Virus record (IMG/VR): IMGVR_UViG_3300027782_000025
Coordinates: 210,626-274,625 of that record
Reading direction: 5' to 3' (one strand)
Length of the DNA stretch: 64,000 bases
Of the stretch, positions 40,001-51,100 are shown in pieces. The translations under genes were made by a program, and so were the position numbers. Numbering within the stretch: position 1 is the first letter of the stretch; each line of letters opens with the position of its first letter. The notes below the pieces were generated by a model that did not search any database, was not told where the DNA came from, and saw only the letters and a list, made by a program, of their open reading frames with translations.

Positions 40001-41641
40001 ATGGAATTAAGCACAATAATAAGATTAAAAGTGGTGCCGCCAGTTGGTCTAAGGCCAAGTTTATTTCCGTCTGGGGCACTAGTTTATTCTGAACCTGATA
40101 ATTCACTATATTATGCCGGCGGTGATAATGGCGATACAAGAGCAACATATATCCAATTAGTTAATAACTCATCGTTTGGCGGCACGGTCACCTCGATAGA
40201 TGTTACGTCTGGTACTTTAGCTGTATCTGGGGCGCCAGTCACTAAATCCGGAACCGTGACGATCGACTTAAAAAATACCGGAGTTGCCCCTGGGACTTAT
40301 GGTTCTGGCGGCCAAGTGCCCGTCGTAAGCGTCGATAAGTATGGAAGATTGACTAATGTACAATTAGTTCCGATTAACATAGGCGGTACTGTTAAATCTG
40401 TCACTATAGAATCTACTACATTAGAGATCGTTGGATCACCAGTTACTACTTCCGGTATTGTCAAAGTAAACCTACCAGCCACAGGTGTATTAGCTGGCTC
40501 TTACGGATCAGGATCTAAAATCCCCGTGATAACTGTCGATAGTTTTGGGCGCATTACCAGCGCTGTAAATGTGCCTGTAACAGGGGCAGCTGGAGACATC
40601 AGCCACGATTTCACCTTGGTTGGCTCAGGATCTAGTACTGATCCTCTTGGTACCAGTCTTAGATCTCAAATGGTTTTAGATAGTAGCTCGAAGTTACTTG
40701 AAAACGGTAACATAGTAATTGGTCCAACAACTGCATACACAAGCTCAGCTAACCAACGAAATATTTGCATCGGAACGAATGCTTTAACTAGTTTAAAAAC
40801 CTCAGTTACAACGTTTGATAATGTTTCTGTCGGTAATTATTCTCTTTACTCTAGCTTATCTAATACACTTAGAAACGTCGTGATTGGTGTAAATGCTGCC
40901 AAATCTGTCACTCAGCCAGCTGATAATGTAATCGTAGGCTATAATGCAATCAGCTTAGCAACCAGCATAACTAATACCGTAGCAATCGGAACAAATGTAC
41001 AGAATGATAATGCTTACTCTGTCTCCGTACGTAATGTGATCATAGGTAATGATGCCAAGGCTGGCTCGACCGGCAACGTTATAATTGGCGATAGCGCATC
41101 GAGCTATTCTCCTTCATTTACAAATGGTGTTGGCGTTGGAGCATCTTGCACAGTCGGTGATCAATCTATAGCTATAGGCGGAAATGCTCAAGCTAATGCA
41201 AAATTGTGTACCGGCATAGGATACGGCAGTTATTCGAACACAAATAGTATAGCAATCGGGCACTCTGCGGCGATAGCCGACGATCCGACCGGTGCTGCCG
41301 ATGGCGGGATAGCTATCGGTGCCGGCGCCACATCAAATACTAATAGCATAGCAATAGGTGCTAAATCAGATTCACAATTTGGCTTTTACACAACAGTTAT
41401 TGGGACTAACGCCAAATCGACAAATAAATATTGTTTTGTTATGGGAATGAACGCTATATCTGGGGCTGACTATGAGTTTTGTCTAGGTAGTTCATCATAT
41501 CCAATTGGCAATCCTGATGGCTCTGGAGTCGAATTTTCTGCATCTTCTGGTAGCGCATCGTCGCTTCCAGCCACCCCAGCCGCTTATTTTAGGCTACGAT
41601 TAAATGGCACTGTATACAAACTACCTCTGTATAATGCATAA
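40001..41641 (+). CDS. 546-aa trimeric fibre protein: YAGGDNG anchor, two GTV...GRIT repeats, YadA/Hep-Hag-like SIAIG repeats, C-terminal YKLPLYN module
   Basis: Motifs read directly from the translation. Confidence 0.9.
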   Translation: MELSTIIRLKVVPPVGLRPSLFPSGALVYSEPDNSLYYAGGDNGDTRATYIQLVNNSSFGGTVTSIDVTSGTLAVSGAPVTKSGTVTIDLKNTGVAPGTYGSGGQVPVVSVDKYGRLTNVQLVPINIGGTVKSVTIESTTLEIVGSPVTTSGIVKVNLPATGVLAGSYGSGSKIPVITVDSFGRITSAVNVPVTGAAGDISHDFTLVGSGSSTDPLGTSLRSQMVLDSSSKLLENGNIVIGPTTAYTSSANQRNICIGTNALTSLKTSVTTFDNVSVGNYSLYSSLSNTLRNVVIGVNAAKSVTQPADNVIVGYNAISLATSITNTVAIGTNVQNDNAYSVSVRNVIIGNDAKAGSTGNVIIGDSASSYSPSFTNGVGVGASCTVGDQSIAIGGNAQANAKLCTGIGYGSYSNTNSIAIGHSAAIADDPTGAADGGIAIGAGATSNTNSIAIGAKSDSQFGFYTTVIGTNAKSTNKYCFVMGMNAISGADYEFCLGSSSYPIGNPDGSGVEFSASSGSASSLPATPAAYFRLRLNGTVYKLPLYNA

Positions 41642-41694
41642 GAATGGTATATAAATCGGTGCAAAAATTAAAGTAGACTAAGGATGACTAGAAT

Positions 41695-42153
41695 ATGGAA
41701 ATAAGCACTATAATTCGAATACTTGAAGTACCCACTGGAGGCATAGACCCAAGTGAATTACCATCTGGCTCTTTACTATATGTAGAAAACACTGGAACAG
41801 ATGGATTGGGTGCACTTTATTATGCTGGCGGCGACAATGGCTATCGAAAGTCGACGTATTTAAAACAAGTAACATCAGTCCCAGGTGGTGGCACAGAGGT
41901 CGCAGTATCTGACACTATTATCGGTAGTGGTACAATACTATCACCGCTTAAGTCGTTTATTAATACTACCGATGATTTTACTGGAAATGGTCTATCCTCG
42001 ACACCACTAGCTTTATCACCGGTTGGTTTAGCCAATTCTGTGGCCGGCATCGTCTCGGCTGGAAATAATATAATAATTAATTATGATAACATTGGCAATA
42101 GTATCACCATATCAGCAACTACACCAGGGCTGCTGGATGGCGGCTCAGCTTAA
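41695..42153 (+). CDS. Short fibre/adaptor protein (YAGGDNG anchor + GxGTxxSPL repeats)
   Basis: N-terminus homologous to the 32057 and 40001 genes; ends LLDGGSA. Confidence 0.85.
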   Translation: MEISTIIRILEVPTGGIDPSELPSGSLLYVENTGTDGLGALYYAGGDNGYRKSTYLKQVTSVPGGGTEVAVSDTIIGSGTILSPLKSFINTTDDFTGNGLSSTPLALSPVGLANSVAGIVSAGNNIIINYDNIGNSITISATTPGLLDGGSA

Positions 42154-42162
42154 AGGGCAATT

Positions 42163-42738
42163 ATGGCTAATTATTTCACCACTATACAAGTCAGAAGAGA
42201 CGTTTCTGCTAATTGGTCGGTTAAAAATCCGACTTTAGCGAGCGGCGAATTCGGCTATGAATTAGACACTGTCAGGCTAAAAATCGGTGATGGCGTAACA
42301 CCATGGAACTTTTTGGATTACTTTGCTGGCAGCGGCGCTGGCGGTGGCGGCGGCAGTGGGACAGTAACTAGCGTCAATGTTACATCAGTAGATTTAGACG
42401 TGGCTGGCGCCCCAATTACTGCTGCAGGGACAATCGACCTATCACTTAAGACCACAGGGGTTTTGTCTGGAACATACGGCTCTACCGGCAGCATTCCAAT
42501 AATCACTGTAGATTCTAAGGGAAGAATCAGCAAAATCGTTACCACTAATCTGGCCAATATATTTCTAACTAACGTAATTCATGATGATACCTTGCTTGGC
42601 AGCGGCACACCATCCAGTCCGTTGGGTGTAGATCGAAACATAGATGGTGGAATGGCCCTTTCTGACTTTGGATCAGACGGTGATCTAAGCGGCATTTACG
42701 AAGGTTTCCCCGAATTCATGGATGCTGGAGGACCATAA
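42163..42738 (+). CDS. Short fibre/adaptor protein with Mtd_N-like anchor
   Basis: IQVRRD...W...NPTLASGEFGYELDT.RLKIGDG..PW. Confidence 0.85.
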   Translation: MANYFTTIQVRRDVSANWSVKNPTLASGEFGYELDTVRLKIGDGVTPWNFLDYFAGSGAGGGGGSGTVTSVNVTSVDLDVAGAPITAAGTIDLSLKTTGVLSGTYGSTGSIPIITVDSKGRISKIVTTNLANIFLTNVIHDDTLLGSGTPSSPLGVDRNIDGGMALSDFGSDGDLSGIYEGFPEFMDAGGP

Positions 42739-42739
42739 G

Positions 42740-44491
42740 TTGAAAATCAGAGTACAATTCAGAAGAGCCACATCAAGCGCTTGGACATCTACAAATGTTA
42801 TATTAGCAGCTGGCGAAGTCGGTTTTGAGACCGACACAAATAAAATAAAATTTGGCGATGGACTGACAGCATGGTCTGAATTATTATATGCCAATTTGTC
42901 AAGTGTTGGTAGCGTATATTCGATTACAGCTGGAAAAGGTCTTCTAGGCGGTATTATAACCACAACGGGGACATTGTCGCTTGATAATAACTATGTCGCA
43001 ACGCTTGAAGATAAGCAGGTCTTATCTAATAAGACATTCGGATCGACTCTAGACTATCTAACTTCTATCTCGACATCAAGCAACACATTAACGTTAGACT
43101 TAACTCAAGGGCCTGACTATTATGTTTCATTAAACAGTAACATTACCACTGTCACATTCATAAATAAGCCCGACTATGGTAGATTATCATATTTTACTAT
43201 GATTATAAGAAACCCAGCTAAATACACTTTAGCTTGGCCATCATCTATACATTGGGAAAACAACACCACACCAGAATTAAGCACTGATGGAAAAGAAGAT
43301 GTATATTTCTTTATAACCACAGATGGTGGTGCGACTTTTTATGCCTCTGCTCTAGGCATCAAGTACAGTAATCCTAATTTACCAATAACTCAAGTCGCTA
43401 AGTTTACCGAGGCAAATGATGTTAAATATGGCACTGCTGTGGCGATGTCAGGTAATGGCGAATATGTAGCTGTTAGTAGTAGTTATTCGAATTCTGTTGG
43501 TTCGAAAGTTTACGTCTACAGAATTAGTAATGGTCTTTGGGAACGTCAATCGACTATCATCCCGACATCTCCAACTGCTTTGGCTTTCGGCCAATCATTA
43601 GTATTATCTTCTGATGGCGCACTATTAGTGATTGGCGATCCGCTAGACAATGCTGACGGCGCATCAGCTGGCACTTGCTACATATATCAGAGACTCTCAA
43701 TGGCTTGGAGTCTTTTAACCAAGATCGATATATCTGATCCAGCGGCTGGTAAGATGTATGGTAACACTGTGACTGTAAATGAAGATGCCACAGCAATTGC
43801 TGTCGGTTCTCCGAGTTCATTTGGCAGTGGCGTTGCTGGGTCGGTCTACGTTTTTTCCCTAAATCGGCTAACGTTAACTTGGTCTCAGAGCGCTAAGATT
43901 TCGCAGCAAGGAAACGTCCAAAATACTTTGTTCGGAAGTTCTATAGATTTTAGCGCAGATGGGCTTTATCTAGCTATCGGCGCGCCATCTTCTAACCAAG
44001 CTCATATCTATAACAACGTTAATAATGCTTGGGTGAAGCAGTTTACTCTTTTTCCGACAAATGCTCCAGCTCAATCTAGATTTGGTACTAATGTTAAATT
44101 ATCTGGAGACGGTAATTTTTGTTTAGTATGTGATCCAACAGGAGGCGTTGGTGGTTATATTATAGCTTATGGTAGGAGCGGAACTAATTGGGTCCAGCTA
44201 CAATTAATTAATGAGTCAGTGCAGAATATAGGCAATAAATTTGGACAGAGCTTGGCTATTAGCTATGATGGTACAAAATGCGTGGTTGGAGCTGATGGTG
44301 TTAATCAGAACACCGGCAGAACATATGCTTTTACTAGAAATGGCTTAGCTTATGACGAAGAAGCGGTGTTTGGGCCATCAGATGTCGCGGGTGGCATTAG
44401 ATTCGGATACGCTACGAGTATGTCTTCAGACGGCACCACTACTGTGTCTTCAGCAATTGATGCTAATTCTGCATATATATTTATCAAATAA
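42740..44491 (+). CDS. Fibre protein: Mtd_N-like anchor, LAWP...DGG domain, FG-GAP propeller
   Basis: TTG 42740 has SD GGAGG (42727-31) inside the upstream gene end; FGxSV/GAP repeats. Confidence 0.88.
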   Translation: MKIRVQFRRATSSAWTSTNVILAAGEVGFETDTNKIKFGDGLTAWSELLYANLSSVGSVYSITAGKGLLGGIITTTGTLSLDNNYVATLEDKQVLSNKTFGSTLDYLTSISTSSNTLTLDLTQGPDYYVSLNSNITTVTFINKPDYGRLSYFTMIIRNPAKYTLAWPSSIHWENNTTPELSTDGKEDVYFFITTDGGATFYASALGIKYSNPNLPITQVAKFTEANDVKYGTAVAMSGNGEYVAVSSSYSNSVGSKVYVYRISNGLWERQSTIIPTSPTALAFGQSLVLSSDGALLVIGDPLDNADGASAGTCYIYQRLSMAWSLLTKIDISDPAAGKMYGNTVTVNEDATAIAVGSPSSFGSGVAGSVYVFSLNRLTLTWSQSAKISQQGNVQNTLFGSSIDFSADGLYLAIGAPSSNQAHIYNNVNNAWVKQFTLFPTNAPAQSRFGTNVKLSGDGNFCLVCDPTGGVGGYIIAYGRSGTNWVQLQLINESVQNIGNKFGQSLAISYDGTKCVVGADGVNQNTGRTYAFTRNGLAYDEEAVFGPSDVAGGIRFGYATSMSSDGTTTVSSAIDANSAYIFIK

Positions 44492-44500
44492 GAGATAATC

Positions 44501-45136
44501 ATGACAATTAGAGCACAGTTCAGAAGAGGCACAGTCGCAGAATGGGATAATATAAATCCGATCTTATTGATAGGTGAAATTGGTTACGCTACTGACGCTA
44601 GTAGATTTAAAATCGGCGATGGGATTAAGAATTGGCGCGATTTACCATTCGTTTCCGCCGGTGGTGCTGGTACTTTAACGGCTATAACCGCAGGCAAAGG
44701 TTTAATAGGTGGACTGATAACTACGTCAGGCACTATAGCTGTCGATGATTCTGTAATTATGACTCTTGACACGCCACAGACCATATACAATAAAACTCTT
44801 AAATCTCCTAGCGAAATAGTTAATCGGATAGCTCATACCGGTGGAGTTTTAAATATAGACGCTAGTTTGGCTAATGATCATTATATATATCTGACTGGAA
44901 ATATAACAAACATAAATTTTGAGAACATTGACCACATTGGTAAGATGGTATATATTCGATTATTATTCGAATCGACAAGCATTCATTCGATAAATTGGCC
45001 GCCGTATGTTATGTGGCCAAATAGCCAACAGCCAATGCTTAGTGGCAGCGGCAGGATAGACATCATTGGTTTAATGACTTTCGACGATGGCGTGAATTTT
45101 TTTGGGAAAAAAGAATCTAGTAACTTAAGCGTTTGA
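44501..45136 (+). CDS. Short fibre/adaptor protein: Mtd_N-like anchor + INWP...DDG domain
   Basis: QFRRGT...NPILLIGEIGYATD..RFKIGDG; paralogous to the N-termini of the 42740 and 45149 genes. Confidence 0.85.
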   Translation: MTIRAQFRRGTVAEWDNINPILLIGEIGYATDASRFKIGDGIKNWRDLPFVSAGGAGTLTAITAGKGLIGGLITTSGTIAVDDSVIMTLDTPQTIYNKTLKSPSEIVNRIAHTGGVLNIDASLANDHYIYLTGNITNINFENIDHIGKMVYIRLLFESTSIHSINWPPYVMWPNSQQPMLSGSGRIDIIGLMTFDDGVNFFGKKESSNLSV

Positions 45137-45148
45137 TAGGATCAATTA

Positions 45149-48100
45149 ATGAGCATAAAGATCCAAGTGCGTAGGGACACAGCCAGTAATTGGTTGTCCG
45201 TAAATCCAATCTTATCCTCAGGCGAAATCGGTTTAGAAACTGATACCTTGAGATTTAAATATGGTGATGGGACCCTTAAATGGGAAGATCTGCCTTATCC
45301 CTCTATCGGAGGAGGGAGTGTCCAATCGATTTCTGCTGGGTATGGGCTTCTCGGTGGTATTATAACTAGCCAAGGCGAAATAAATGTCGATGGAAATATT
45401 GCTCTTGATGTCCTAAGCGAACAAGCTCTGGCTAATAAGGCTTTTAAAAACAAATCTGGAACATTTACCAATATCTTCGTCGACAATGGCATATTGAATC
45501 TGGACCTATCCGCATCTAATAATTTTATCGTAAATTTTGAAGAAGACATCGATAGCTTTACCACTTCTAACAATCCAGAAAATGGTATGGCTTTCGTTAT
45601 AACTCTCGTGTTGAATATTACAACTGGCTCAGCCGTCACTTGGCCATCTAATATCATATGGCCAGACAACGTGTTCCCTACCAGCAGTGCTGTCGGGACT
45701 ACAGATATCTTTAAATTATTGACCATCGATGGTGGTTCGTCATTTTATGCTTACATAGTTGGCCAAGGGTATAACACTAATTCTATACCACCGAACTTCT
45801 TGGATGAATTCTTAAGTCCTAGCGATGGTAAACCAGGCGATGGCTTTGGCATATCGGCTGCTATTTCAAAGGATGGTAGAACTGCTGTGGTTGGTTCTAT
45901 ATATAATCAATATTCTGGCGCCGCATATGTGTTTAGAAGATCTGATAATAGATGGCTACAGATAGCCAAACTACTTGGCGAAGATAATGAAAGTGCTTTT
46001 GGAACGTCAGTTGCGATTTCTGAATATGGTGATGTGATAGCAGTAGGTGCACCTCAAGAAGGCACCAACGATATTGGCGCTGCTTATATCTTCACCGAAG
46101 CCAATGATTCTTGGTTAAACAATAAAATAATACCTGAAGATAGCGCCGACATAACGGCTAAAAATTTAGTTAGGCTATTTGGCTCAAGTGTCTCGCTTTC
46201 TAATGATGGTACTCTTCTCATTGTTGGAGCCCCAGACTTTGATGTTCCAGATAATCAAAACACCGGCGCGGTTTATGTGTTTAGATCCGACGGTCCGCCA
46301 ACGCCACCACCACCGCCAATTAATAATTATTATATATATGGAACCGGTAAAAACACAGATTGTGAACTTGGCCTAGGTGATAAAAACAATAGGGCACTTT
46401 TTACATTAATCAAATCAGCGACACCGCTGCAAATAGCGGTAGGTAAGAATTATGCTTTATATATAAAGCATGATGGAACATTATGGGCAACTGGTAAAAC
46501 TGGATTAGGCCTACCGTCCGATCCGATGAACCAGTCTTATCGAAATTTTATCCAATTAGGCAGTGATTATTGGCTTGATGTTAAAGCTAATAATAAAGGA
46601 ACTACATTACTCATTAATGCCGATGGATCACTTTGGGGATGTGGTTATAACCAAGATGGTAATCTTGGTATTGGCATAACGACGAATGTTAACGACCTGA
46701 TTATGCTTGATGATAATAATTGGCGAGCCATAAGCTGCTGCTCTTCTAGTTCATATGGCATTAAATCTGATGGGACCCTTTGGAGCTGGGGCGACAACAC
46801 ATATGGCCAGCTTGGACATGGAGATTTATACCCTAGACTGTATCCTGCTGAAGTCGGGGTCGACGCTGGTACCTTTGGCACTAATGTTACTGGCGGCACT
46901 GGCGGCACTGGCGGCACTGGCGGCACTGGCGGCACTGGCGGCACTGGCGGTACAAATCCTGTTTATACTGATTGGGTTTACATTTCGCAAGGAAGTTCTG
47001 CGCATCATGTGTTCGCCATACGAAACGATGGAACTAACGCTACACAAGAAGATGGTACATTGTGGGCATGGGGTAAGAATAATCTGTACCAATTGGGTCT
47101 TAATGATACTATCGATAGAAGCACACCAACACGGGTCAATTCTGAATTCTGGATTAAGGTAGAAGCTGGGACTGACAGTAGCGCTGGTATCACTTCGGCC
47201 GGAGAGTTATTTGTTTGGGGCTATAATTCTTATGGCGAGCTTGGTCTGAATGATGTTGTTGTTAGGCCAATACCTACTAGAAATGCGTTTTTTCCAGCCT
47301 TTTTTAGTGATTTGAGCTTTAATGGCCATACTTTAATCGCTCTAGACACTATAGGTTACATGTACGGCGCAGGTTTTAATTATTATGGGCAATTAAGCCA
47401 AGGCTTTTTTAGCGCTAACGATCCATCAAATCAGATAAGAATGTTAACTCAGATAACCAAATCAGGTGGTTGGATTATCGCTACTATCCTTGATTCTTTA
47501 ATAGCGTCACGTGACAGTTTACTACCACCACCGGTAGCAGGACCGACACCTACACCTGTTACGCCAACACCGACTCCAACTTCTACGCCTACGCCGACTC
47601 CTACACCTACACCAACGCCAACGCCAACCCCTGCGGAATGTGCCACAGTATGGACTGGACGCACGTTACCTGGCCTATCGATTGGCACAATCGCCGCAAG
47701 TCCAGATAAAATAGTAATCACGACTGCAGATGGCGGGACAGCTGCGGTGTCGACAGACGGGATAAACTGGTCGTTAAGCTCAATACCTAGCACGACATGG
47801 GTCGATGCGATGTATGCAAATAATTTATTCTTAGTGAGTGGCTATGATGCCGTCAATGTAGGCACGCAGCGTCTGATATCGTCACCGGACGGTATTAATT
47901 GGACACCTATAGCATTACCAATTGGCATAGCCGGAAAAATGGCGTCCGGCAATTCGATTTATTTAATCTTTAGCGTATGGGGAACATCATTTCTTCGATC
48001 TAATGACCTGATTACTTGGCTGCCTGGTACTTTACCAACTCCGATCGATTGGATTTGCGCTCAAGTGATTCATAATGGTGTCTATTTCTTAGCCACCAGC

Positions 48101-51100
48101 TCCAATTCAGACACTTATATAATATCGACCGATGGTATTAATTGGACTGTGTCATCATTTCCAAGCAGCACATCTAGAAATTGGCAAGCTACTACATTTG
48201 GCTTAGGCCTTTTTGTGGCTATAAACTATAGTGCTAATCCGCCGCTATCTTTAACCTCTAGCGATGGTGTTACTTGGGTCAGCAACACGATGCCTTTGGT
48301 TGGAAAGTATTCAAGGGTGATTTTTGGAAATGGCTTCTTCCTTGCGCTAATTGAAGAATCAACATATGGAGCTCTATCGTACGATGGTAGAACATGGTCT
48401 ACAGTAACTCTACCATACTCTTCTAGTTGGAAAAATGGTGTTTATGCTCACGATATGTTTATAGTTTCTGACCTCGGTAATAATCAGAACTATATCACAT
48501 CGCCATGTAAGAAAACGCCTACGCCTACACCGTCAGGAACATATACTTGGCATTACGTAATATCAGGTTTAAATACTAGAGGCCAACTAGGGTTAAGCGA
48601 TATAGCGGACAGAGACCAATTTATAGCCCAATCGTGGAATACATTACCAGTAAATTCAAACGATTTTCCTTGTATCAGCCATGGCTACGATCATACGATG
48701 ATGGTGAAAACTGACGGTAGTTTATACGCTTATGGTAACAATGATAGAGGCCAATTAGGCTTGCCGACATCGATGGGAGCTTATTTAAACGTTCCAGTTT
48801 TAGTGTCTGCCGGACCTTACCACACTGTTTCATGTGGATATAAATACTCTATAGCTGTTGCTGCTAACGGTGACATATTTGCAACAGGTGCGAACGAGAG
48901 TGGGCAATTAGGTGTCGGTGATTTAACAGACAAGATGGGCCTGACCCAATTGGTCGGCTATAAAGCATACATCGGCACAGATCCAAAGGTAGGCGCTACG
49001 CCATGTGTAGCCACAGGAAAAACAGCGACAGTGATGGTGTTATTAATAAGAATGACGAGTGGTGATTTAATACCAAGATACTATTCATGGGGTCTAAATC
49101 AATCTGGCCAACTAGGCCAATCTAATAGTGACTACTCTTATCAGACATCGACCCCTAGTGAGATAGCAAACCTTAACGCCTCTACACAACCTGCAGTATA
49201 TGGCGGAATATTGAATCATCATTTCTTTGCAATAGCTTTAGATTCAGACTATAATCACATCTTCTGTGGATGGGGTAATAATGACCGCGGCCAGCTGGGC
49301 AACGCCTTAATTAACATAGATAACCCTATGCTTGGGGCTGTAAGTGGATGGTCGAGTGATTCAATAAAAATATTTAATGTGGCTATCGGACAAAGTTTTA
49401 CAGCCTTTATTGCGCAGACTGGGATAGGAAGCCCCGCATCACTATTGATCTCTGGTGCTAATGACCGCGGCCAAATCGGAGTCCCAGTTGGTAATTCCAC
49501 TAATATCTTTACAGAAGTTCCATTTCCAGTGAATTACACAAGCTGGGATAAAATAAGTGCTGGTGCTGATTTTATTTATGCTACCGCCAGACAGACTGGT
49601 AGCCGAAATACTTTTGGCTGGGGCGACAACACATATGGTCAACTAGATGGCGGACCTACAGCTCCTAACAGTTATATCTCGCCAACATTATTAGATGCAC
49701 GAGAATCTGAGACATTAAACACTAACCATCTTGGTTTCGGATTTGGCGGGTATTGGGCTTATTATACCGATACACCATCAGCGAGTGCATGCGCAATACG
49801 CTTAAAATATAATGGAGTGTCGACGAGAATAGGATCAAATGGTTTATCGTTCGCTGTCGGTGATGTAATAACCGTTGCCGGTATAGGCGGCCTTGGTGCT
49901 TGGTCTTCTGTCGATGGTGTGTATAAAATAAAAGATTTTGACAACACTAATGGGATGATTGTCGAGTGCGTTTCGCCAGGGTGTTTTAATGGCTGGAATA
50001 CAGCGAGTGGTTCCTTAGCTGCCCCGATAGTCATGGGTAGAGCTATAACATCAAATGGTGGCGCTGTGGTAACATCTACAGCCACGACGGGTAACGTACC
50101 ATGGGAAGTGAATTTTTATTGCAACGTGACCCCTACTCCAACTCCTACTCCGACCCCGACGCCAACTCCGACGCCAACTCCGACGCCATCAGCCGGTGGC
50201 TCTGCTTTTGCAGCTGGTGCCGCTGGCCTTATCTCAGCCAAATTAGGAGTCATAACTCCTAAATTCACTAAATTTTCACCTGACAATACATCTTGGAAAT
50301 TCGCAGCTGTCGATAGTTTTTATGGCGCGTTCCTTATTAAATCAGATGGTACACTATGGGGCTCTGGGTATAATACTTACGGCCAACTCGGTACTGGTAC
50401 AAATAAGACCGTTACAGATATGGTTCAGATTGGTACTGACAATGATTGGAAATTCATAACCGCCGACGCAGCATCAACCATTGCTATGAAGGATGACGGT
50501 ACTATATATGGCGCTGGCTACAATGACTCTGGAACACTTGGTTTGGGTGACCGACTACCACGGATGTTCTTTACTTTAATAAATTCTGATACTTGGTTGA
50601 CGATAAAAACATATCGACACCAAACCGTGGGTGTGCGTTCAGATGGTAAACTGTTTATATGGGGCTTATTTAGTGACGTATTTTATTCTAGTAACAATAT
50701 AAATAGTCCACCTAGAGATGTGCCATTTGAACTGGTAGATGCCGGAAGTGGTTATATAAAAGCAGATTGCGGATATAATACTTTGTATGCCATAAAGTCT
50801 GATGGTTCATTATATGGTATGGGTGAAAATGGGTCAGCCCAGATAATGATGCCGCCAAGTACTATAATAGAAAGTATGACTAAATTAACTTCATCAGAGA
50901 ATTGGGTTGATATTGCAGCCAGCGACCAAGCACTACTATTGCTAAATGATATTGGTGAGATCTTTTCGTTTGGTATAGGGGAAGTATTAGGGACAGGTAA
51001 ACGGTATACTCCTAATGGTCTTGAAAAAATCGATAAGGATTTTAAATATACAAAGGTATTCGCTACAACCAATGTCGCCGGAGCATTAAAAACTAACAAA

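Noticed and set aside
46645-47162. ORFs with PPV, ALA or ASA repeats
   Set aside because: These are alternate frames of the (ACTGGCGGC)7 repeat.
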